Source: Nageia nagi
Lineage: Eukaryota; Plantae; Pinophyta
Reading direction: 5' to 3'
DNA: 64,000 nt
Assembly (NCBI GenBank): GCA_050084985.1
Contig: JBITNC010000001.1
Coordinates: 54,994,001 to 55,058,000, forward strand
In this document: positions 26,856-40,300 of the stretch, in pieces
How the letters are laid out: every line of letters begins with the position of its first letter
Numbering within the stretch: the stretch's first letter is position 1
Notes under the pieces: generated by a model
Seen by the model: only the letters and a program-made list of their open reading frames with translations
What the model was told of the DNA's origin: nothing
Databases searched by the model: none
Made by a program: the position numbers and the translations under genes

Positions 26856-28102
26856 ATCATCATTGAAGAAGCTCTTGTTACCTTTGGTCATGAAGTATTT
26901 GTATGTATAATAGAATCAAATATTACATCGACTAAACAAACCTATAATAGAGGTTGAAATACCTATTGAAATTGATGTATGATCTTCCCAAACTCTTGGT
27001 CATGTGATCTCTACATTTGTTGAAGATGATGATTTTTTAGGATTAAGTTTTTTTTTAGAGTATATGATCTAGATATGGATTGTGTTGGAGTGTGGGTAAG
27101 GATCCAAATTTTTTTATTTTTTTTCTTTGTTGAGTCATAATTTTTTATGGTGGTGGAGAAGTTGATTTTTGAGTGGCTTTTCTTTTTCTTTATAATTCTT
27201 TTTTGATCCTTGACAAGGATGATGAATTTGGTTTTTATTGTGCTTGGTGTTCTTTATTGGTAAATCTTATGGGCCCTTACTTTATGATCATGGTGTTTAT
27301 GTATGCAGGATGTAAATGAAGGAAAAAGGATTATTCAAAGAAAGGATTGAAATAAAAGTATTTTCACAAGGTGGTGGTATGACCCATGGAGTGGGAGTTA
27401 TGGATTGTTTGAGGTTCATGGAATATCAAGGTGAAGTTTTAACAAAAGGTATGAATTAGTTGAGGTTCATGATGAGTCCTATTAGAGGGCTTGGTGAAGG
27501 TGCAAAGGTGGTTGCAAAGAAGTAATTAGGGGTTATCCCAATTTTTATCAATATTAAAAAATGAGAGGTCAAGATGAGAATATCTAGATCTTAAGTTGTA
27601 AAGTGTTGTAGGAATCAATCTCAACATGGGAGATTGTTAGTAATTAAGCTCGATCTTTTGGCTAACTTTTAATCTCATCATTGAAGAAACTCTAGTTACC
27701 TTTGGTAATGAAGTATTTGTATGTATAATAGAATCAAATATTACATCACAAAACCTATAACAAAGGTTGAAATACCTATTACAATTTATGTATGATCTTC
27801 CCTAACTCCTAGTCATATGACCTCTACATTTGTTGAAGATGATGATTTTTTTGGGATTAAGTTTTTTTAGGGTATATGATCTAGATATGGATGGTATTGG
27901 AGAGTGGGTAAGGCCCAAATTTTTTTAATTTTTTTTCTTTGTTGAGTCATAATTTTTTTTATGGTGGTGGAGAGGTTGATTTTTGAGTGGATTTTATTTT
28001 TCTTTATAATTTTTTTCTAATCCTTGGTGGGGATGATGAATTTGGTTTTTGTTGTGCTTGGTGTTCTTTAATGTTAAATCTTGTGGCCCCTTACTTTATG
28101 AT
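26475..28102. repeat. Old ~815-bp tandem duplication spanning the Copia end and adjacent retro debris
   Basis: ~26475-27290 and ~27291-28102 are colinear, with many transitions. Confidence 0.85.
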
Positions 28103-28299
28103 AATTATGGGAACTTTACTAGCATGATAAGTGGTTGATGTTATTGATGATGCAATGGTGGTAGGATCCATCGATGCATTAGGGGTGATGGAGGTACTAG
28201 GGCCAAATTTGGGAGGAAATTTGATGTCAAATTCCCTTTTTAGTTTTACTAGATCTATCATATTTTGACATAACTTGTAATCCACTTGGTATGGGTAAA

Positions 28300-29186
28300 G
28301 GATCATAGGTAGTCATGGGTTTATCAAAACCATAATTTAAATCTTAATCTCATCTATTATAACATGAAAATACAATAATTTTTCATGATTTATAAATCAT
28401 TGAATGGTTAGGTCTAAAATTCTTACATGGTCTTTGATGAGTGAAATAATATGATCATCCCATGGATTAAGGTTGTTGATATATGGTTATAACTAATTAT
28501 ACCAGAGCAGTAATGGTATGAAATTATCAATTTAGACTTTTTCCTTGGTGATGGATAACCTCCCCAAGAAATGCATAGCTTCCAAAATGAGAAATGAGCC
28601 AAATTTGGAAATTATGATTTGTTTTGCGTTCTTAACCTTAAATTCATTTGTATGGAGTTACTCCAAATAAATGCCTACTAAGTGATACTTCCTTTTGGTA
28701 GAAATCATATCATACACTAGCTGCATGTTGTGGAATTTATGGAGAAGATGATATTTTATAGTATATATTTTCTATGAGAATAAGATCCTTATGGTTGCCC
28801 GAGGTGAAGGTTTTATGATATTGTCTAGGTCTAAGGCCTTTGAATTTCTTGTAGCACCTAATAGTTTTATAATAGAACCATAAGTAACAACCATGGTGAT
28901 GCCTATCAAGTGTGAATGATCTTTTCATTCTTATTTCACGCCTAGAACTTTTTCTACAATATATTTATCGATTAGATTAAATTTGTCTAACCACAACCCA
29001 TCATTTTGATAACACCTATAAATGAATTTGATAATCCCATGGATTATTATGAAATTTGGCATTGGGGAAAGATTCTCTAACCTAATTTCTTTAAACCTTT
29101 ATTTTACAATAGAATCTAGAGTATTAAGGTTATCCTTTAGATTCAAATTTGGTTCATAAAATTGGTCCCTTTCAATATATTTCATG
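28300..29186 (-). pseudogene. Decayed retrotransposon accessory-ORF remnant
   Basis: FIYRCYQNDGLWLDKFNLIDKYIVEKVLG and SKFGSFLIL resemble recalled conifer Gypsy extra-ORF motifs (LWLD, KFGSL). Confidence 0.4.
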
Positions 29187-29230
29187 AATTCTTATATCCT
29201 TGGAACCTAAGATGATACACCAATAAAAAA

Positions 29231-29720
29231 GGAGTGGGCTATCCTCCTCCAAATTTAGCTGTAAATGCTCATAATTAATGGTATTTATTTTGGGCATTTA
29301 TGTGTGCTGCTTTACCACTTGATCATGCCACTTTAGCATTTAAACCTAGATATTTATGCATTGTTAGACACCCGTATGTTTCCCAATTATGCCGCTCCAT
29401 TGGGTTAATTAAAATTCATTTATAAAAGCTAAACATAGTTCGATTAACCTAACAATCCTAAATTTTAGGTTTTTATGTTTTCTTAACTTAATTTTGGGCA
29501 TTTATGTGAGGTTAATCAAAATTTGTTTATTTAAGTTTAATTGAACTTGGTTTATATAGATTAAATAGAGTTCGATTAACCTAATGTATTAATTGAAAAA
29601 GTAATATTTGTGGTCATGTATTGCATATGCTTGAAGGATTGTTGGGTTAATCAAACTCTATTTAACCCTTATAAATGAAGTTTGATTAACCCAATTTGAA
29701 CAATAAATATTTTTAACCAA
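29231..29720 (+). repeat. Left long terminal inverted repeat
   Basis: GGCTATCCTCCTCCAAATTTAGCTGTAAATGC..TTAATGGTATTTATTTTGGGCATTTAT is the reverse complement of the sequence ending at ~63037. Similarity continues in blocks for ~400-480 bp. Confidence 0.85.
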
Positions 29721-30239
29721 CCAGTCAACACAACACCCAATTAAATCAATTCAATCTTTGTTTAATCATAAGAATTTATCCTTTTGTATAATGAAATTTA
29801 AAATCTTCATCAACCAACCTATGTATACCCATTCAATTTGCTTCTTTGTTTTTAGATATCGACCTCTAAGCTTTTTTGTTGCAGAAGATCAACTCTCTCA
29901 GCTCCTCTAGGTACAATTTTTTCCCATAATGTATCTTGTCAAATAATTTTGTATGCCTTATATTTTTCCTCTATATTTTCATGCATCTCTTACTAGATTA
30001 ATTTTTGCATGCATGTTTTGGTAGATTCATCTTTAGATGCAGGTCTTGCTATATTAAGTTTTGCATGCATGTCTTACTAGATACATTTTTCAATGCATGC
30101 CTTTTTATTTAAAAATAAAAATAAAAAAGAAAAAATGTTAATATAGAGAGTACCCATCCTATTTATCAAGCTAAATGTAAGGTTTTTTGATAGAATTATG
30201 CAAATAAAAAAGTTTTAGGAATTCAATAAATCCTACCTT

Positions 30240-31085
30240 GAAAGAAATTATTATCCTTCCCATATTAATGTCAAGGTTCATCATACATTATCGGACTTCA
30301 TGGAATATTATCGAGTTTCATTGTTATTTGTTGGGATTCCTCATACATTTTTGGCCTTCATGGCATATTATTAGGCTTCCTCATTCATTTTCAGGCATCC
30401 TTTCTATACCAATGAATTTTATACCCTAAAATTAGTCCATTCCATGAATCTATATCTAGATCATGCATCTTGTTAAACATTTCCCTAGATATATGTATTC
30501 TTACACATTTTGCATATGCACATGATAATTGCATCTACTTAAAAGTCTCTAGAGCCTTTTGAGAAAATCTATTTTGTTAAAATCTTGAAAATAATTGCAT
30601 TCCATGATATCGTGTCTACATGATTCATTATTTTCATGCATTTTTGGCCTTAATGGACCATTACAAGTTTCAAGGTACAATGTCAAGCATCCTCTTCTCT
30701 TTTTGGGCATCATCTCCCATTATCGAGCTTCAAGGTACAATGTTGGGCTTCCTCTTTTATTGTTGAGAATCATCTCCTATTATCAGGCTTCATGGTATAA
30801 TGTCAAGCATCCTCTTATATTGTTAGACATCATCTCATATTGTCGGTCACCCTCATACATTGTCAATCATTCTCTTAAATTATCGTGCATTCTCTTCCAA
30901 TTTCAAGCATCATCTTCTATTATCAAGCTTCATGCCAGATTGTCGAGCTTCATCATGGGTTATCAAGATTCATACATGGATATCAAGGCATTCAATACCA
31001 TAACATCCATGCTAGAATAATGGTGTCTTTAGTTGTAGAGTTTGGCTTCATGTATCATAATTGCATCTACTTGATAGGGTATCTG
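30240..31085 (-). other. PLS-class PPR gene fragments interleaved with 20/60-bp tandem repeats
   Basis: Minus strand reads VDTISWNAII..FSQKALETFK*MQL (~30530-30625) and FK*MQL*YMKPNSTT (~31030-31075). Confidence 0.7.
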
Positions 31086-31324
31086 CATCACGCATCTTAT
31101 TAAACTTGAATGTGTTTAAAGTGTATTATTGATAAGTAAATATAAAATAAAGTACTCTTAAGGAAGGTAACATACAACCTAACATATGAAGAACTATGAA
31201 ATAATCTTATAATATAATAAATAATGACACAATTCATCTATACTGATAAAATGACTAATATAGTGATTATATGTTTATCTATGCTCTAAGCAATTTATGG
31301 ATTAAAATTGATGTGCTATTTGTA

Positions 31325-33400
31325 GTACATAAAGAAGTTGATACATAATGACATTGAAATGGTATAGGATATTTAATCTACCTATCCAAGATATCCTTGT
31401 AAAATAAATCTTTTGCATAAAGATTTAACCTGGAGATCAATACGATGCTTGAGAGGATTAACAAATTCAATGACAACAATATCTTTATGCAAGTTAGATG
31501 ATTTCAAAAAGGGTGAAGAATGTAATCCTGATGCATAGTACACTTTTTTGTGTGAGAAAAAAATACATCTGGTTAGAAAGGTAATTACAAGTCAAAGGAA
31601 ATTAGACATGACATGTATGTAACTATGTTTAATTCCAATTTGTGCATTGCATGATTATATTTTTCAAAGAAATACTATTCTAAACTTTCTATTTTTTATG
31701 TAGTTATTGGTGTACTTACGGTGATAAGGATAAGCGAGATGACCCTCCTCCTTCAATTCAAAAGAGGCACAATATTGAGAAAAGAGGTTTTCAATGTCAT
31801 TTTATTGTGAAGCTATACAAGAGTTTACTTAAAGTTGCATTTATAGTATACAATAAATTTGAACATGTTTCATTGGATGGCAAATCTTACCATGAAGTAT
31901 ATGATACAAGCAAAACAAGAAATGGAAGTGTTAATTTTGCTCCACGTGTGTTGAAAGAGACTTATTCCATGCTTGAGTCATTACTAATAGATGGTGTTTT
32001 TGTTGATGCAATTTGTAATGGGCAATTCTAAAATGAATATTTTGAAAATGTACCTACAGTATAAGACTTTTTCATTCTAAGGAAGGATGTTCAAAACATA
32101 TACAATAGATTGATTAGAGGAAAGGTACGAAAGGCTAAATATGATTCCATGAGTATTAATTATTGGTACCAATCCAATAAGGATAAGGTTTTCATATACA
32201 AGAACCCTAACCATGCCAAAAATAAATTCATTCTTGGTATTCAAACAAAATGGATATTGGAGAAGATGGTTGAATTATCCATAATAACATAATTTCAATG
32301 GATTCAACATTTAATACAAATTTTCATGGTGTAAGTATCTTAAAAATTTAATTTTTTAGCTACTTTTTATGTGCATTGCTAACTTTCTTATGTTTATTTT
32401 GATTCTAGTACCAATTTTACACATTACTTGTGTTTGATGCCCAAGAAAGTGGTCTACCAGATGCATGAGTTATCACATATAAAAATGGTGTTGATTACTT
32501 AGCTAAGTGACTACAAATATTGAAATAATGTTTTCTAGAACATCAACTAAATTGGAGTGTGAATGCATTTATGACTGATGATGTTGTTACATAAATTCAG
32601 GTCATCAAGTCTATGTATGTTGTTTATAATTATGCAAAATAAGTTGAAAGAATGTCATTTAATTTTTGATGACTCTTATTTTGTGTTTTTAATTTAAAAT
32701 ATTTTTTTTTATTACATCCATGTCAAGGAGAGTATTTGGTTGCAGGCATTTTTTGTGTTTATGGCATGTGAAACAATCTCAGTTAAATAATGCATACAAG
32801 AAGGTATCAATAAAAGATATTGAAAGAATTATGTTTTCAAGGTTAGATAAAATAACATAGAAATGTAAGGATGATGAGTATGTGAAAGTAGATATATCTA
32901 AGTTTTATATTAATTTCCATGAGGAGAAGTCTTATCTAAACTACTTATCTAAGAATTGGTTTTAGGGTGATAGAATTCATATGTTCACATATAACATGTT
33001 TATTCTTAATAATTTTTTAAATTGTTAAATATTTATCATATTGATTATAGTTTTTTTACTATAGGTATGTGGGCGAAATGCTACAAAAATATTCCACATT
33101 CCAACCAAGAAATAAATTCAGTTATAGAATCATATCATTATACTATGAAAACTAAGTTTTTATGTCATAATGCAAGAAAATATGCTAGAAGAATGGATAA
33201 ACTAGTTCAAAAGAATGGATAAACTAGTTCATGCTTTGTTGTTTTTGATTGAGTCATATTTTGTAAAGAGATGTAAATTGAAGATACTTGGTTTTTGGAA
33301 CAATTACAAGAAGGAGGAGTCTAGAAAGTTAATTATAGAGGTCTCACATGATACTTGATTATCATTATGTTCCTCATGAAGATGTAGTTGGTTAATAATG
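31325..33400 (+). pseudogene. MULE-family DDE transposase of the At4g13970/At1g60560 type; spliced and disrupted
   Basis: Motifs IFNLPIQD, YWCTYG, RGFQCHFIVK, FILGIQTKW, MDSTFNTN, YTLLVFD, FMTDD, FLCLWHVK and NSVIESYH. GT-AG introns at 31615-31703 and 32331-32408, and probably ~32610-32727 and ~32980-33065. Confidence 0.88.
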
Positions 33401-33989
33401 AAATGATATCTAATAACATAAAATTTAAGGTATTAAGAACCCATCTACAACATGAAATATAAAGGGTAAGAGTCTCATCACTCACCCATCAAGAAAGCCT
33501 TTGATCTCCCCAACCTGATCAAGATTGAATAAGCATAGGAGCCAAATTCATGGTTTTCCACTTGAACTCTTGGTAACTATGATTTTGAATCATACACTTA
33601 TTCAATATTAAATCAAAAAATGATAAAAATAATCAAAAATAAAACTTTTATAGAAGATTACAAACCCTAAAATATGCTTATAAATATAAGTTATAAATAT
33701 CCATAATATACAGGTTGTAATTATTATTTGATTAGTCTATTATAAACACATTTTGATTATGCAAGACTAACCATCATTCAATTATATAGGTTCAACAACA
33801 TTCAATTAACACTAATTAATAACTATCATGTGATAATGATGTGTAGGCTAAGTATCATTCGATTAACCTGATCATCGATGATGATCAATTTACCTTGGGT
33901 TTGCCAACTTGAACATGTATCTTGCATATCGAGGACATCATTAATGGCCTGGGCTAATTGAATTTTGATTAACCTTCATATTAAATAAA

Positions 33990-34470
33990 ATGAGAAGATG
34001 GTCATTCTCATTTGTATTATTCTATGCATGCTTGGATGTGGATATTGCAAGAAGCTCTTGGATTGGTAATGAAGCTCGACATAAGGTAGGTTTTACAGTT
34101 CTCACCCTTTGTTTGCTCATTTTGCAGTACATGAGTGTCTAGGAATGTCCTAAGGTTTATTTTGTGCATACGGGTTTTCGATCTTGCACTCCATGAAAAT
34201 TTTCTTTCTATAATTTATCAAAAAAATCCTTTTCAATGTATCCATTTTATGCATATCTTGCGACCATTATTTTCCATGAAACTATGTTTGCATCATGCAT
34301 TTCAAATCCTCATGCTTGGATTTTGTATCTCAATGGTTAGTTTTAAAACCCTAGAGCTTTGATTTGGTCTTGGTCATTAAACCCCTCAAGATTCATTTCT
34401 ATCATGGTTATTAAACCCTACTCGATCTATTATAAATGTATGTATAATGATTCATACCAAGAATAAAAAA
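33990..34470. repeat. Internal block repeated in direct orientation at ~50330-50845
   Basis: Both sites have TGAGAAGATGGTCATTCTCATTTG...TCTTGCACTCCAT...CATCATGCATTTCAAATCCTCATGCT...AATGTATGTATAATGATT. Confidence 0.8.
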
Positions 34471-37360
34471 CCTATGGGCCTTAACCCTAAATAGTCGATG
34501 AAAGCCCATTTCCATAATCATGCACTTGTAATGTTTATTGAATATTTACTGGCTAAAAAATATTCCTTGCAATCAAAACCACAGTATTTGATGAAGCCTT
34601 GTTGGTGAAAAAGCTTATTTTTTTTATTGCATGATTTAAAGACCATTAAATTATATTTTTACAATAGCCATTTTTACAATACCTGAGGAAATAATGGGCA
34701 AGTTCCATATCCTTAATTTCTATGTTTCCTTTAATTTATTATTGACTATATTTATTTCTTATGGAGAATCCCCTATGATGATCAAGTCATCAACATAAAG
34801 GTAATTACTAGTATATGACCATTCCTTACTTCATAGTAGAGTTTAGATTCTGATCTGCATATCATGAAGCTTGAATTAGTGAAAAAAGTATCCTTGGCAT
34901 ACCATGCTCTTATATCCTACTCCAAACCCTATATTGACTTCATAAACTTACATATGTAGGTAATTATAATGTGAATGGGATTGGAACTAACATCTTTAAC
35001 ACATGATATAGATCTCTACATGGAGCTAACACTTGTTGGATGAGAAAAATGTTAAGAACAAAGGATTTTCCATATGCATTATGCTTATTGTTGAAGTCTC
35101 TATCTTGGCTTTTGAGGGAGATTGTATCGATAAAGAGAAACACTTTTTTTGTGAAAGAATTGAAGGTATTTGAGGCTAAAGGAGAAAAGATGGAGAAGCA
35201 TAATAATGTAATTCTCCCATTAAGAGACTTCTATATCTTCTCTCTTATCTTGAAAAACCTTAAATTCTTTGACAAGAGAGTATTTATCCCTATCGATACA
35301 TTCTCCTTGAAAGCTAAGTCAAAATTTTTATGAATGAGTGCAATGGATATAGTAAATTCTACTCCTTTGGACTCAACCTTTTTTGCTTTCCCAAGAGTTG
35401 AGTTAGCTCCATGGAGAGCTTTGTATCTATCCCACTAAATTTCTTCAATACACCAACATCAATGAAGTGATCTGAATGCATATTATCGTAAGCATAAATG
35501 TAGTGATCTTGGTGCTCAAACATTCTAATTGTTGCTCAAATATATCCATGTATGTTTGAAACTATTTTATCTTGATTGCATAGATATCCACAAATGGGTA
35601 AGAATGATGAACATTCATGTTATAGAAAGAGATCATCAAAACATATAAATTCTAATGTTGATAAAGATTGTGATCATTATAGTATGAAAGATTTACAATG
35701 GTTCCTAAACACAAACTACAATTATGTGTGAATGCTATGAGGAGAAGAAGGAGCAGTTACATATCATTGAAGGTCAATTGATGTCAACAAAAGAGGAAAT
35801 TAAAATATTTATGAAAGAGAGAGACAGGTTTAGATACCAGCTTACAAACATCTTAATCAAGTTTAAAGAACTTAAATATGAATTACTTCTTCAGGATGAT
35901 GAAAGAACTAAAACTAAAATAGTAAGAAGTTAGATGGGGTGTAGAAGCTTTTTAGTATGATAGATTTATTTCAATTCTATGTGCTATACATTATAATTCT
36001 CTTTCTTAAATTACCTTGAAAATGTTATGTGATGTACAGTACTTACAAAAATATATTAGGCAAAGTGATTATTAAAGATTATGATTTTTTGATACATTTA
36101 TGAATATTTAGTATTCATTCGGATATTTGTATAAATATTGGAAACACATATTTTGGATACATCCATGTATCAATATATGTCTCTAAATATTGTGGATACA
36201 TTTTCTATATATCTTGACATATTTTAAAAACATGTATTTTTGATATATCCATGTATGAATGCATATCTCTGAATGTTGTGGATACATTAACTATATATAT
36301 GGAAACTCTCGATTATATTTTTGAAGGTTCAATACAAACTTGGAATTTTGTTTAAGTAATTTTCATTTATTATGCCTTTTAATATGTGTTATATGGATAA
36401 CTTTGATATTGTTTCTAAATTTCTATCAAAAAGTCTTTGGATGTAACTGAAAAAATGAATATATTGATGACATATATGTATTTATTCTTGGTACTTTTCT
36501 ACATTTTGAAGTTAGCAATTAATGTATAATATTGACAACTACATAAAAAATGAAGTGCACTTAAGCAAGGGAACATAATTATTATGGGTGTTGAATGTTA
36601 TATGAAATATTATATTGATGATAATTACATCTAATTGAAAGTGTCTAGAGCATTTTTGAAAAAATCCATTTTATGAAATCCTTAAGATCATTATATTACA
36701 TGATACTGTGTATACATGATAGGTTATTTTCAAGTATTTTCAACCTTAATAGACCATTTTTAGGCTTTAAGATATAATGTCAAGCATCCTCTTCTATTTT
36801 CAAGCATCATCTCCATTATTGAGCTTTAGGGTACAATGTCGAGAAACCTCTTCTATTATTGGGAATCATCTCCCATTGTTGGCTTTTAGGGTACAATTTT
36901 AGGCTTCCTCTTATATTATTAGGCATCATTTCCCATTATTGAGCTTCAACATACAATTTTAAATATCCTCTTCTATTATTGGGCATCATCCCCCATTGTC
37001 AACATTCAGGATACAATGTTAGGCTTCCTCTTCCATTATCGGGCTTCACAGTATAATATCAGACATCCTCTTCTATTATAGGGCATCATATCTTATTTTT
37101 AGGATTCAAGTACAATGTTAGGCTTCCTCTTCTATTTTCAGGCATCATCTCCCATTGTCAAGCTTTAGGGTACAATGTTGGGCTTCCTCTTCTAATATCA
37201 TGCATCATATCCCATTTTTAGGCTTCAGGGTAAAATGTAAGGCTTCATCTTTTATTGTTGGACATCATATCCCATTGTTGAGCTTCATGGTATAATGTTG
37301 GGCTTCTTCTTCTATTATAGGGCATCATCTCCCATTTTCGAGCTTCATTTAGGGTACAAT

Positions 37361-40300
37361 TATTAGGATCCCACATCCTAACATTTTAGTGTTAGTATTA
37401 ATATTTTATTAAATGGTTGACCTATATTGTAAACCATAATATTATGATTGTAAGGGCGGGGCATAATTTTGCATTACTATTAGGGTTAGGGTTAGTTTAA
37501 TATAAATAGAGGGAAATGTGTGGAGAAAGGCATCTTGAACATTATTTTTCACCCTTGGAGTTATGAGGAGGTAGCCCCCTCGAAGTGACCTGTGATTCTA
37601 TTACTATTCAATAAAATCCTATCCTTATCTTCTATTTGATGCTATTTTGTGTTCTATTTACCAGTTTATGCTTTGTTATTTTCTAATAGATAGTTGTCAT
37701 TTTCCTATTCAAGTTAATATTTGTTTCATTTCTATAATATTTCCCTTTTTTCATAATTGTAGCATTGTAACATCTGGTATCAAAGCTCTTTCCTAGCCCA
37801 TTCTATTGTAGGAAAATAAAAATAAAAATTTAGAGGTCTAGGCTAGAAACCCTCTATTGAAGGATCTATCATTTTTGGCTAAGCACACTTGCCCATAAAG
37901 CTATGTGTGAAGTGAGGTGCAAAAAACTCTACAGCAATACCCAGGCCTTAGATAGAACCCTAAATGGAATTGGACTCCATGTACTGAAAAGTATATCAAA
38001 GACTATCTAGGTTATAAATGAAAACTAGGTAGGAAGTTATTTTGACCATCTGTAAACTATAGTGCACCAGTAAGTGCCATTGGAAAGTTACTTATCACAA
38101 AAGTCATCTTCACAACCTCTTGTGAAAGTTGGATAGGAGGGGTGTTTAGACAAGCCTACAGAGCAAATAATCCTTACTTAGACTCATTCCTTCACATAAA
38201 AAACCTTGATTTGAGAAGGAGAATTTATGATAGGTAATTTTTTAGAGCTACCAAAAATAACAGTTTAGAGGTAACAAAAACTTTAGAGCAAAATAACTAA
38301 AAATATATTCATTTCAGTAGTTTTTAACAAGAGCAAATAGATCCATAGATGTAAAAAAAAGAGTTTGAAGGTTCAAAAATCATCATCAAGAGACCTAGCC
38401 CATTGTGATCATCTTTTTGAGCTGATTATTTTGATATATTACACCCATACACTTTTTTGGGCATTTCTAAAAATAGCAATTTCTAAAAATAGCAGTTTCC
38501 AAAAATATCAGCTTCAAAAATAGCAATTTTTAGAAATGGCATCTGAAACAAGATCCCAAATAGTAGCATAAGCTGATCCTACCATGATGACATTTCAAAC
38601 TATGATCCAACAAATGGAAAATACACTCACCAGTACATTTAGAGTAGAAATTTGATAAATATACACACAAATTAAACCCTTAATAATAAATGTGATAGTG
38701 TTCAACTAAGTCTCAGTCATACCAATAATGCATCCAATTCATAGCAATCAAGGTAGTCAGAAAATCCATAAGGGTATCATCATAACTTTCAAAGCCAACA
38801 AGGTGGGTTCATTCTTCCTTACACAACCAAATTAGATTTTCCTCTATTTGATGGAGATAATCCCAATGATTGGATTTACAAAGCTGGATAGTATTTCACA
38901 TTAAACCAAATCCTAGAGGATTTGAAGGTGTGCATGGCATATTTTCACTTGGATCATGAGGCTCTCCAATGGCACCAGTGGTACTCCAAAATGCATCCTG
39001 CTCCTTCATGGGATGAATTCACTCAGCAATTATTGATTCATTTTGGTCCTAGTGACTATGAAGACTTCACAGGGACATTAACCAAGTTACGTCAAACTAC
39101 AATAGTCAAGGAATACCAAAATCAATTTGAGAAATTTGTAAATCACACAAAGGGGTTGGATGATGCATTTTTCACAAGTTATTTTATCAGTGGCTTAAAG
39201 GAAGAGATTAAATCCAAGGTCAAAATGTTTAATCCCAAAAATATAATGGATGCTATTACCTTGGCAAAGCTCATTGAAGATAAAGCCAGTGCTCATCATT
39301 GAAATGCAAGACCTCCATTCACAAAAACACATAATATTACCCATTCCTCTAATAACATAAGGACCCCACCATCAAATCACATAATGCAAATTATAAAGTT
39401 GACATGGGAAGAAATGGAAGAGCATCGAAAGAAAGGACTGTGCTATAATTATGATAAGAAATCTATTCATGGTCATCATTGTACACAAAAAAAGTTATAT
39501 TTGCTTGATGCTAATGCTCCTAGTGAGGAGGAATATGAGAGTGCATCTGAAGAGGCTATAGAGGAAATTCTAGATGAGGAGGCCCCAGTTATCTCTTACA
39601 ATGCATTGGCATGAATTACCACCCCTCAAACTATGAAGGTTAAAGGGTTCTTTAAAAAGCATCCTCTCATAATATTGTTGGATTTTGGAAGTACTCATAA
39701 TTTCATTGATCCATGAGTGGCTAAGGTTGCTAACTGTTACATCCACCCTACAAATAATTTTGAGGTTATGGTTATTAATGGAGGAAAAATAGCATGTAAA
39801 GGCACATGTCATAATGTCAAACTAAGCATGGACCACTATACTTTGAAAAGTGACATGTACGTTGTACCATTTGGGGATGTGATATAGTTTTGGGGGTACA
39901 ATGGTTGAGGACTTTGGGCATCGTATAGTGGAATTTTGTATAGCTATGGATGACCTTCAAAATAGATAAACAAGAGCATACTCTTAGGGGATTATAGGGT
40001 GGATCTATACAACTTGTGAGCTCACATTGCACGGAAAAGATCCTACAAAAAATTGGAAAAGAGATGCTAGCATAGTTATACTCTTTATCAATATCTAAAT
40101 CTAAAATCACAGAGCTTAAGGATCTGTAGACCATCTTAAGTAAGCATTCAAGTACCTTTGAGGAACCATGGGTATTACCACCTAAGTGATCACATGATCA
40201 TGCTATCCAGTTGGTGCCAAGAAGTCACCCACCAAACATTCATCCTTATCAGTATCCTTGTTTCCAAAAAAATGAAATTGAAAAATTGGTTAAGGAACTA

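Noticed and set aside
34800-35940. ORFs 35040-35333 and 35724-35933 as further cargo genes
   Set aside because: No recognisable motifs in either orientation. The second is only coiled-coil-like, so I cannot support a call.
37479-37496. Telomere-like TTAGGG repeats
   Set aside because: Fewer than three units, and part of the LTR (also present at ~43077-43092).
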